From positions 1 through 57,247 of the IMG/VR virus record IMGVR_UViG_3300030107_006392: DNA of 57,247 bases; one strand, given 5' to 3'. Position numbers and translations under genes: made by a program. The notes below the pieces were generated by a model. It ran no database searches. It was not told where the DNA came from and worked only from the letters and a program-made list of their open reading frames with translations. Source of the stretch: a virus (lineage: Duplodnaviria > Caudoviricetes). Positions 10,344 through 18,106 of the stretch are shown one piece after another (positions within the stretch are counted from its first letter, which is position 1; every line of letters starts with the position of its first letter).

Positions 10344-10697
10344 CTAACTCGTTTTAATAGTTACAGTTCCAATAGAAGAACTTATTTGCATTGTTGTAAG
10401 ACCTTCAGTTCCTAAAACCTTAGCACTATTACCATCCCCTACTGGGTCCCAAGAAAACAAACCACGACCTGCTGTAGCTCCATTGGGACGAGGATCAAAT
10501 AATGCTTGAGGATCAGTAATAGGAATTACACCTACCCAGTTCTGAGGTTGATCAGGATCAAAAACGTCTTTGCCAACACGAAGTCCAGTGCGTATTCCTT
10601 TTTCCACTTCATAAACTAAATCACTTAAAGGATAACGGAACCCTGTTTTATCACAATAACCATAAGCATACTTGCCTCGTGCGTAAGGATAACTCAT
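10344..10697 (-). CDS. Conserved phage neck-region protein
   Basis: CDKTGFRY...DPDQPQ...DPQAL..PRP. Confidence 0.6.
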   Translation of the reverse strand: MSYPYARGKYAYGYCDKTGFRYPLSDLVYEVEKGIRTGLRVGKDVFDPDQPQNWVGVIPITDPQALFDPRPNGATAGRGLFSWDPVGDGNSAKVLGTEGLTTMQISSSIGTVTIKTS

Positions 10698-11395
10698 GCT
10701 GAATAATACTCCGCTAAAGGAATTAATCTAAAAGGAGCCTTAACTCTATTTTCTTCAGCCGCTAATTGAAACTGCTCCTCATAAATTTGTTTTAAAAGAG
10801 GAACCCTTTGAGAGGCTTCAGGTTTTTTTAAAGAAATATAGTACGCTAAACCTGCTACCATTGCTGGCAAAAACAAAGCTGGAATATCATAATTATTCGA
10901 TCCCTTTATTCCTGTATCAGTCATTCTTCTTACACGCCAATATACAAACTGTGCGCTGTCAAACTCACTGCTTGCTGTCGGGTAAATGTAAATTACAGGA
11001 GCAGATCTTTGTCTATCAACCCAATATTGATTTGGACGGCCTTGCTCTAACTTGTCTGGGATTGTTGCATATGTAACAGGAGATACACGCGAAAGACTTG
11101 AATCAATTTGAAGGTTTTGAGTTCCTGGATTAGTACGAACCACCGCTTCAATAAGATCAATAGTATCGTCATCTAGAGTATAACTTTGTGTGCCTTGAGT
11201 AAAAGCAAAAGACTTTTCTTCAATACACCACAAGTTAAGACCTCTGTTCTGCCACTCAAGCCCCATAAGATTTAAACTACGCCTAGCTGTTTTAAGATCA
11301 TATCCAGTACGCATCTCTAAACCACAACGCTCAAATGCCTCTTCAGCCATTTCGTTTATATCCAGATTAAAAGTAGCTGTTGTTTCAACCGCCAT
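10694..11395 (-). CDS. Head-tail adaptor protein
   Basis: EEAFERCG..RTGYDLKTARRSLNL...WQNRGLNLW; GRPNQY; AGLAYY. Confidence 0.7.
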   Translation of the reverse strand: MAVETTATFNLDINEMAEEAFERCGLEMRTGYDLKTARRSLNLMGLEWQNRGLNLWCIEEKSFAFTQGTQSYTLDDDTIDLIEAVVRTNPGTQNLQIDSSLSRVSPVTYATIPDKLEQGRPNQYWVDRQRSAPVIYIYPTASSEFDSAQFVYWRVRRMTDTGIKGSNNYDIPALFLPAMVAGLAYYISLKKPEASQRVPLLKQIYEEQFQLAAEENRVKAPFRLIPLAEYYSA

Positions 11396-11406
11396 TTTAA
11401 TTCCTT

Positions 11407-11949
11407 TTATTTATTTTTATTATTAAAGCGGCGATTGTAAGAACTAGAAGCTACTCCACCACCACCTTGCATACCGCGTTTGCGTTTACTAAGTTCGTAC
11501 ATATCCTCACCAGCCTCACGCACAGACATAGAACCTTTTTTGCCAAGCTCACCAGCCATAGTTCCACGACCACTCATAGTGTCTCCACTAAAATATCCAC
11601 CAGCTTCCATAAGAATTTTTGAATCATCCATTCTAGGAATACGAGTGCGACCTGCCATAGCCATGCCATCACGTCTATCTCTAATCATACCGCCCCCTTC
11701 TTTAGGATTTTTACCACCAATTTTCATTTTTTTAACAGCGTTTCTTGCATGTCTTCTGCCTGTCGCTGTTTCATCATCGCTGAAAGCATCTATTATTTTG
11801 CTTACTCCTGACAATATAGCTGCACGAGGAGAAAATTTACCAAGAGGACTTACTCTTCTAGTGTACTCTGCTTCTTTTTCAGCAGGCAAAGCTGTATCAA
11901 AACCTCGACCTACTTTAGGATTTTTGCTAAACCTAGAAATATCTGCCAT
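11407..11949 (-). CDS. Basic low-complexity protein with repeated xxGG motifs (probable internal head protein)
   Basis: KMKIGG, KEGGG, MEAGG, MQGGG. Confidence 0.5.
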   Translation of the reverse strand: MADISRFSKNPKVGRGFDTALPAEKEAEYTRRVSPLGKFSPRAAILSGVSKIIDAFSDDETATGRRHARNAVKKMKIGGKNPKEGGGMIRDRRDGMAMAGRTRIPRMDDSKILMEAGGYFSGDTMSGRGTMAGELGKKGSMSVREAGEDMYELSKRKRGMQGGGGVASSSYNRRFNNKNK

Positions 11950-11958
11950 GTTAATCTC

Positions 11959-12162
11959 CTAAGCCATAGGACCATAGGTAAAAAGTCCTTTGGTTTGCCT
12001 GATTACATTTCCACCTTGATTGACTCCATAGGCCGCTACACGACGCTGCTTGGCTTCCCCAACATCACCGCCATCTCCTTCTACAGCAACAGGCATATTA
12101 CCATATGCATCTTTGGTATTAACCTTGTTCTTAGAAGCAGTCTTTGGATTTAATGTAGGCAT
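11959..12162 (-). CDS. Small hypothetical protein
   Basis: 67 aa ending TKG...GPMA; coupled to the upstream gene. Confidence 0.55.
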   Translation of the reverse strand: MPTLNPKTASKNKVNTKDAYGNMPVAVEGDGGDVGEAKQRRVAAYGVNQGGNVIRQTKGLFTYGPMA

Positions 12163-12560
12163 TATTTCTTCCTTTTCTTTCTACCCTTGTCCATGGTTTT
12201 AACCGCAGCAAATTTTCTGCGACCCATTGCTTTTTCCATACCTTCACTCTCACGTCTTCTACCAGCAAGTTTTCCTTTAGTCTTGCGATTACGTGAACCT
12301 AAAGATTCATCAAGCCGTGCATTAAATCCCTGTGTTTTCTTTTTCTTTAATGCACCTCCCTTGCTCATGGTTTTTTTTGGTCGCCCTACTTTTGAACCAT
12401 ATGTACCTTTACCGTGCGGCATAATTCTATCTCCTTCACTGTTTGCTATTGCCAATGCTTGTTTACGATTAGTAACTTTTTTACCTGAACTGCTTTTAAG
12501 AGTTCCGCGTTTAAATTCACCCATAACCTTAGACACCTTTGCATCACGGGCAGTAGCCAT
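12162..12560 (-). CDS. Very basic protein (KVMGEFKRGTL.S...RKQALAIA domain)
   Basis: Motif common in small basic phage proteins; Lys/Arg rich. Confidence 0.6.
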   Translation of the reverse strand: MATARDAKVSKVMGEFKRGTLKSSSGKKVTNRKQALAIANSEGDRIMPHGKGTYGSKVGRPKKTMSKGGALKKKKTQGFNARLDESLGSRNRKTKGKLAGRRRESEGMEKAMGRRKFAAVKTMDKGRKKRKK

Positions 12561-12715
12561 TAAACAAACCTCATTACTATCGTAAACAATGCAAAAATTA
12601 TTGCTACATTAAATCCCCACATCATTATCTCTAAACGATTTAAGTAGCGATCCATTGCATCCCATCTTACTGCACATTTTTTTTCATGTGCCATAAATTG
12701 TGAGACTACGTTCAT
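12560..12715 (-). CDS. Small membrane protein, 51 aa, similar to 4355-4558
   Basis: Hand translation MNVVSQFMAHEKKCAVRWDAMDRYLNRLEIMMWGFNVAIIFALFTIVMRFV; fills the gap exactly. Confidence 0.6.
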   Translation of the reverse strand: MNVVSQFMAHEKKCAVRWDAMDRYLNRLEIMMWGFNVAIIFALFTIVMRFV

Positions 12716-12716
12716 A

Positions 12717-13697
12717 TCAACCATCAAACATAAATGTAGCAGAGGTTAACAAGTCAGCATCCACAGGCATATCAAAACTCATGCTTGCAGGAAACCGAAT
12801 GCCACTTCCTCCAATGTTAGGATAATTAACAACTCCATCACCTTGACCAGGATTAAACACTAACTTTGCTGTTCCTGAAGCAGACGATGTTGCGCCATTC
12901 TCCATAGATATTTCAGCCTTGCCTGCGTTTGCTCCTTGCACCATATACCAGTTCTTTAAACGAGTATCCTGATTATTAATCATAATTCTAATACCCGCTA
13001 TAACTCCAGCACTAACACTGTTGCTATCAGAAGCCGAAGCTTTAATTGAAGAGATAAATTTAAAATATTTAGAACCTGCTGTTGTCGCAGAGCTTGGTCC
13101 TGTTATATCTTCTGTCTGATATTTTCCGTAAACATCTAACCCTGTTACCGTGTATGTAATAGAACTAGAGTTTCCATCTGAAGTTATATTAACTTTTCTA
13201 CACAAGCTACCTAAATCAACATGATTAGCATTGTCACCTACAGTAACGGCATTTGTTGTACCACTACTGTAAATTAAATCCACCCGTGAATACAAATTTG
13301 CTGTGTAAACACTTGCTGAATTAGGTCCCGTTAATGTTTCACTTACTTCACGACCAGACTCATTAAGACCTTTGACCGTAAAAGTTAATGAAGAATTATT
13401 GTTGCTTGAAGAAATTGAAACGCGGCGAGGAGAAAACACGGTAAAGTTTACTCGTCTCTGTCCATCTTTTTCCTCTGAATCAGCGCCATTAATAGAAAGC
13501 TGACCTGCTACACTTTGAGAAGCACAGATGCCATCACCATCTCCAGCCGTTGCCATGCCCCCATCTAAAAGGACATAAAACTGATCATCAGTTACAGCTG
13601 CTGCATCAGCTAACGCATCACTATCTGCAGCAGGATTGCTTTGGTTTTCAGCCGAGCCTGAGTAGGTATATGTAAATGACTTTAACGTAGTCATCAA
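12717..13697 (-). CDS. Virion structural protein with an internal repeat
   Basis: Two copies of RxVxIxS..N.S.lT(F/Y)TVxGl...G....ExxTGP. Confidence 0.6.
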   Translation of the reverse strand: MMTTLKSFTYTYSGSAENQSNPAADSDALADAAAVTDDQFYVLLDGGMATAGDGDGICASQSVAGQLSINGADSEEKDGQRRVNFTVFSPRRVSISSSNNNSSLTFTVKGLNESGREVSETLTGPNSASVYTANLYSRVDLIYSSGTTNAVTVGDNANHVDLGSLCRKVNITSDGNSSSITYTVTGLDVYGKYQTEDITGPSSATTAGSKYFKFISSIKASASDSNSVSAGVIAGIRIMINNQDTRLKNWYMVQGANAGKAEISMENGATSSASGTAKLVFNPGQGDGVVNYPNIGGSGIRFPASMSFDMPVDADLLTSATFMFDG

Positions 13698-13714
13698 AAC
13701 CTCCTTCTAGTTCG

Positions 13715-14176
13715 TTAGGAATAATTAGTATTTTGCTGATAAAGAACAGTAAGCCTTACTTCGCCAGCAGATGTTGCCGCTGAGTTAGTAACATTCAGTC
13801 TTACATCACTTGTTCCGACATCTTCCCACGCTAAGGCACCCCCAGCTTTTGTAGTGGGATACTGCCTGCCAGCCGTTGTGCCAATGGTATAGGCATTAAC
13901 AAAAGCAGTAGCTGAACCGCCAACTGCTCCCACACTGATATTGGTTGTGCCACTCGCCGCAGTAATAATATCAAAAACAATGTCGATGATTTGCGAATTT
14001 GCTGGAATGATTACATCCGTTGCAGACGCTGCAATAGCACCGCTTGACAAATCAATGGCTAAAGACTGAGCCATTACCACCTGACCGACATTTTTCATAT
14101 CAGTGCCAACGGTTGTCCCTGTTGTCTGGCTAATAGTGCCTGCTTTAATTGGACCAGAAAAAGTTGTTGAACCCAT
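13715..14176 (-). CDS. Capsid decoration/cement-like protein
   Basis: TTFSGPIKAG N-terminus, IPANSQI; directly after the capsid gene; RBS AGGAG. Confidence 0.6.
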   Translation of the reverse strand: MGSTTFSGPIKAGTISQTTGTTVGTDMKNVGQVVMAQSLAIDLSSGAIAASATDVIIPANSQIIDIVFDIITAASGTTNISVGAVGGSATAFVNAYTIGTTAGRQYPTTKAGGALAWEDVGTSDVRLNVTNSAATSAGEVRLTVLYQQNTNYS

Positions 14177-14181
14177 TTTAT

Positions 14182-14254
14182 TCTCCTATGAGAGATAAGC
14201 CAAACTGTCTTCATAGAGTCTGCTGGGACAGTCAGTAAGGCTAGTTAACCCCAG
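14182..14254 (-). ncRNA. Structured RNA downstream of the capsid gene, resembling the Mu-gpT-DE motif
   Basis: Crossing pairings CTGGG/CCCAG, AGCC-TTACTG/CAGT-TTGGCT, CTATGA/TCATAG; the position matches that motif class. Confidence 0.5.
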
Positions 14255-14282
14255 AAAAAAAAAGGGGGCATAAAGCCCCCTT
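14255..14282 (-). terminator. Rho-independent terminator after the major capsid gene
   Basis: GGGGGC-TTTAT-GCCCCC followed by T9 on the minus strand. Confidence 0.85.
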
Positions 14283-14288
14283 CCATTA

Positions 14289-15206
14289 TTAAGATCCACC
14301 TTCGCAACCAAAAATTCCGAGAGGATCAGAAACGCCAAACGAATAACGCTCCCTTGCTTTGTAACGCACGTTACCCGTATCAAAGTCACCATCCATAGAC
14401 TGCTGGAGAGGAACACGAGTAAAGTGTTTCATGCCATTAGGCACATCAGTAACAATGTACCAAGAGTTTGAATCAGTAAGATAATGGTTTACTGCATACC
14501 CCTCTGGAACCGTACCATTGTGCTTGATAGCGTTGATGTCATTATCTGCCGTACCTGTGCGACCATCCGAATCTAGGATACGAGTTGCCACAAACATGTT
14601 GTTTGGCGGGACAATAAGTTTACGAGGACGGGCAGCGATCAACAAACCCTTCTCATCAACCCAACCAGCAATTTGAATTACAGCGGCCTCAAGCGAGGTC
14701 TCATTCAAATCAGCCTGCGTTGTTGGAGTGTTTGAGTTCGTGCCACCAGCAACTGTAGGATGAGCAGTGTTGAAAAGAGAAACACCGTCACCTGAGTTAT
14801 AGTTGTTGGTTGTTGGAAGACCTTGGTTAAGAGGAACCGCAGCTTTTACCTGTTTGGTATAAGCCATGGCTCTTGCCAAAGCTTTTGTATAACGGGCTGA
14901 AAGAGAGTCATACAAGTTATCTTCCATTGCCTCTTCCGTAATAGCAAAGCCCATCGCAATGGTTTCATTGTTATAACGGACGGAAAAGCTTTCGCTTGCA
15001 GTATCGTAAGCAATAGCTTCGCCTTCTGGTTTAACAGGAGCTTGCCCGAAACCCGTTAACTTTACTTCTTCCTCGAATGAACGATCAGAAGTTTCAGTCT
15101 CATAGATTTCTGCACTCTCATCTTCGTAGGTTTCATAACTCAAACCAAACAAAGCATTGAGACCAGGAAGCAGCTCCTTCAGCATTTGTGCTCGTGAAAT
15201 AGCCAT
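14289..15206 (-). CDS. Major capsid protein (HK97 fold, Mu gpT-like family)
   Basis: MAISRAQMLKELLPGLNALFG..., KPEG, ITEEAMEDNLY, RYKARERYSFG.SDP; RBS AGGAGG. Confidence 0.9.
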   Translation of the reverse strand: MAISRAQMLKELLPGLNALFGLSYETYEDESAEIYETETSDRSFEEEVKLTGFGQAPVKPEGEAIAYDTASESFSVRYNNETIAMGFAITEEAMEDNLYDSLSARYTKALARAMAYTKQVKAAVPLNQGLPTTNNYNSGDGVSLFNTAHPTVAGGTNSNTPTTQADLNETSLEAAVIQIAGWVDEKGLLIAARPRKLIVPPNNMFVATRILDSDGRTGTADNDINAIKHNGTVPEGYAVNHYLTDSNSWYIVTDVPNGMKHFTRVPLQQSMDGDFDTGNVRYKARERYSFGVSDPLGIFGCEGGS

Positions 15207-15218
15207 TTCTCAGCCTCC

Positions 15219-15833
15219 TTATGCTAATGTGCTCGTATCGTACTGATGCACACCTGGGTTCCATGTAACAAGAACATCAGGATATGTATCAGTCCAATTA
15301 TTATTAGGCGCATCAAATAGCCCAATAATACGAACAGCTAGGGTTGCGGTTGTAGCAGCATCAGCGTCAACTGTCATTTTACTTTGTTTACTTAAATCCA
15401 AAGTATTAACAGAAGTAATGTTCGTCAAAGCAGAGTTTTTCCCTGCATCTGCCGAAGTCATTGCTGCATCTGACTGTACCTTGAAGACAGCACGAGGATT
15501 GTCCCAGACAAAAACTTGAACATCACTATGTCCACTGGCAGTCATCGCGCTTGCTACAAGATGATTAGAAAACGTAAGTGCTCCTGTGCTTCCGTCAATA
15601 TAACGAAAACCACAGGCTATCCCTATAGGAGTATTCGTTGCCGAAAACGTAGTCGTAGGGGTAGCTGCAATAGCAGTTGTAACACCAGCAGCAAAATGTA
15701 CAGGCTGACCTGAATAAATTGCGTTAGTGTTATTGGAACCCAAAGGATACATGGTTTGACCACTTGTATTGTATCCCTGACCCAGTATTCCGACTTGAAC
15801 CATCCCATAAGGAGCTTGTACTGAACCAGCCAT
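15219..15833 (-). CDS. Head-associated structural protein
   Basis: APYG, DNPRAVFKVQ, VRIIGL; immediately upstream of the capsid gene. Confidence 0.6.
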   Translation of the reverse strand: MAGSVQAPYGMVQVGILGQGYNTSGQTMYPLGSNNTNAIYSGQPVHFAAGVTTAIAATPTTTFSATNTPIGIACGFRYIDGSTGALTFSNHLVASAMTASGHSDVQVFVWDNPRAVFKVQSDAAMTSADAGKNSALTNITSVNTLDLSKQSKMTVDADAATTATLAVRIIGLFDAPNNNWTDTYPDVLVTWNPGVHQYDTSTLA

Positions 15834-15864
15834 GATTCACTTTCTCCTTATAAAATGCGGAGAG

Positions 15865-16332
15865 CTATTGCCCTCCTTTGCCAAAATCTACCCTTGTCTT
15901 CCTCTCAGGTTTAAGGAGAGGCATACGAGGGTCCTGTTCCCGCATGAAATTTGAATCCACTGCTGCCATCTGTTGATCAGCAATAGTTCTGTAATGATCT
16001 GCTCTATTCTTACTAGTCTCCGCAGGCATCTTGCACAAAAGCAATCCCCCTACTTCGATGTTTCCATCCGAGCCAAAACGCGAATCTACATCAGACTGGA
16101 TGCATAGTTCAGGATGATCTTCCGCTTTACATGGAACCCATCCACCCCTAAACATTTTAGAAACATTAGTATTGTCTGCATGACCTATCACAGAGGTACG
16201 AACCCACCTAAATACCCATCCCTCTTGCGGATCAGGATTAGGTAATATTGATGGTGGAACCCACCCAGTTTCTTTGCGTGACTCTACATCACGAGTTTCA
16301 TGCTCTCTACGAGTCCGAGAATCATCTTCCAT
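15865..16332 (-). CDS. Conserved head-module protein
   Basis: WVPPSILP...FRWVR...IEVGGLLLCKMP. Confidence 0.65.
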   Translation of the reverse strand: MEDDSRTRREHETRDVESRKETGWVPPSILPNPDPQEGWVFRWVRTSVIGHADNTNVSKMFRGGWVPCKAEDHPELCIQSDVDSRFGSDGNIEVGGLLLCKMPAETSKNRADHYRTIADQQMAAVDSNFMREQDPRMPLLKPERKTRVDFGKGGQ

Positions 16333-17239
16333 GCGCCATTTCCTTTGCTATTTGGTTTGCATATTGCTCAACAGTAATACCAAGTTTTTTGGCGAGATTA
16401 ACCTGATGATTGTTAAGCGTTACTTTGCGTGGGGTCTTAGCGTTTCGTGTCGCTGGAGCCACCACGGATTTGCGGGGAACTTCAACTTTCTCTAAAGCTC
16501 CATCCTCAAAACGGTCAGGAAAAACTTCCCTAACTCTCTGATCCACTCGTTCATAATAGTGTTCACTTCGTGGATCAACTCTTTCTTTAATAAGCTTGTC
16601 ATGAACCGCATACGCTACTGCGGTCATTTCTGTATCCTTGCCAAACCATTCATTTTGCCTAAGCCATTCAATAGCCCTAGGATCAGGCGGGGCAACATAC
16701 TGTTGTTGCTGTTGAGGTTGCGGTTGCGGTTGCGGATTTGCAACCTGCGATTGTTCTTTAGGAGGACGCACCTCCTCTACCCTTTTCTGAGAATACTGTG
16801 CATCATTAATCTGCTTTTGAGCAGCTACAATACGATCTGTATCTCCAGCATCATAAGCTTCTCTAAATTCTTTTTCTGCCATCTGAAGTTCCGTATTAGC
16901 TTTAGATTCCGTGGCATTAAACAGCGCTTGATTTCCTTGCTGTATAAGATTTTTTAAATCACGGTTTTCCGCTAACATTCTTTGAGCATGAGCCAGCGCT
17001 TCTTGATTTTCTTTTTGCGCCACCTCCTTCGCACGGCGTTGCTCGTGAAACTCGTACTTCAGTCTTTTGATACGCTTCTGTACCCGATCCGAGTACTGCC
17101 CTATCTCCTCTTCCGAGATATCAAAGTCTGCCGCGGCTTCCGCATCTTTCGGGGAAACTTTATCTTCTTCAGGCGTATCATCTACTACTTCAATTTCAAT
17201 ATCGCTTTCGGCTGCGACTGCCGTTTCTTTTTCAATCAT
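16322..17239 (-). CDS. Capsid scaffolding protein
   Basis: Acidic N-terminus, coiled coil, QP tract, WLRQNEWFG, C-terminal AKKLGIT.EQYA. Confidence 0.7.
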   Translation of the reverse strand: MIEKETAVAAESDIEIEVVDDTPEEDKVSPKDAEAAADFDISEEEIGQYSDRVQKRIKRLKYEFHEQRRAKEVAQKENQEALAHAQRMLAENRDLKNLIQQGNQALFNATESKANTELQMAEKEFREAYDAGDTDRIVAAQKQINDAQYSQKRVEEVRPPKEQSQVANPQPQPQPQQQQQYVAPPDPRAIEWLRQNEWFGKDTEMTAVAYAVHDKLIKERVDPRSEHYYERVDQRVREVFPDRFEDGALEKVEVPRKSVVAPATRNAKTPRKVTLNNHQVNLAKKLGITVEQYANQIAKEMAHGR

Positions 17240-17601
17240 TATGCCCTCGTATATCCGCGTGGATCATCTACCACTGCTTCAACTAAATCGTCATTAATAA
17301 GACGAAACTCTTTACCATGAATTTTAATACGTGTTCCTTGAAACGCCCTAAAGATAACGAAGTCACCTTTCTTGCACCAAGGTCCCGATGGAAACCGTTT
17401 CTTATCTGCATAAGCATCAGGTCCCATTGCTAACACCAATCCATAGACACTGGACACAGCCTCATTCTCTCTCGCCTGGTCGGTTTTTATAATACCGCCA
17501 GCAGTCTTTTCCTCCACTTCAGGAAGACCAATCAACAACCTGTACCCCTGTGGATCAGGAAGCTGAGTTGGTTCTTTCTTTAACTCAACCACTTCTGACA
17601 T
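17239..17601 (-). CDS. groES: Co-chaperonin GroES (Cpn10)-like
   Basis: P.GYRLLI...EKTAGGII...VLAMGP...GDFVIF...G..IKIHGKEFRLINDD.V.AVV. Confidence 0.85.
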   Translation of the reverse strand: MSEVVELKKEPTQLPDPQGYRLLIGLPEVEEKTAGGIIKTDQARENEAVSSVYGLVLAMGPDAYADKKRFPSGPWCKKGDFVIFRAFQGTRIKIHGKEFRLINDDLVEAVVDDPRGYTRA

Positions 17602-17651
17602 AACTCACCTTTTATCTGCGTTGCATAAAAGGGGGCAACGATTCCCCTGCG

Positions 17652-17846
17652 CTACTCCTCTTCCTCGTCAACACCGACAATGTCGAGAAGCTCACGTTCT
17701 GCAAGGGCTATACCATCAATACGTCCAACCATACGCTGGTATTCCCCGAAATCCTTTGCGCCTCCTGTAGCCAAATGATCTGCCCCTTCGTTGAGGTAAT
17801 CACGAAGACGTTTTTGTAAAAGACTGGCTAACTGATGTGCATCCAT
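17652..17846 (-). CDS. Small conserved phage protein
   Basis: L.TGGAKDF.EYQRMVG.I.GI. Confidence 0.65.
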   Translation of the reverse strand: MDAHQLASLLQKRLRDYLNEGADHLATGGAKDFGEYQRMVGRIDGIALAERELLDIVGVDEEEE

Positions 17847-18106
17847 CAGGAAGCTATTTTTTTAATTTTTGCCCAGTACTTCTTTGCCTGCTCAGGATAC
17901 ATCCTGTCACCCTCCAGAGTTACAAGAGGGACAGCATCTTCTTTGGAAGTCTCTTTCTTTTTAGTTTTTGCTTTTGCACCTACACCCTGCACCCCGACAT
18001 CAACCGAAACAAAAGCTTCGTTTACGTCAGTTGTAGAGGGATCATCTGCCGCATAATGTCCTTTAGCAGTACGGGCACGAACTTTCTTTATTGCCTTTTT
18101 AGCCAT
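17846..18106 (-). CDS. Hypothetical protein
   Basis: RART.KG.Y.ADDP.T.DVNEA motif; coupled to the portal stop. Confidence 0.6.
   Translation of the reverse strand: MAKKAIKKVRARTAKGHYAADDPSTTDVNEAFVSVDVGVQGVGAKAKTKKKETSKEDAVPLVTLEGDRMYPEQAKKYWAKIKKIAS

Noticed and set aside
17602-17654. Stop-codon readthrough (UAG plus pseudoknot) fusing the 64-aa ORF to GroES
   Set aside because: The gap is 50 nt, so readthrough would not be in frame with groES
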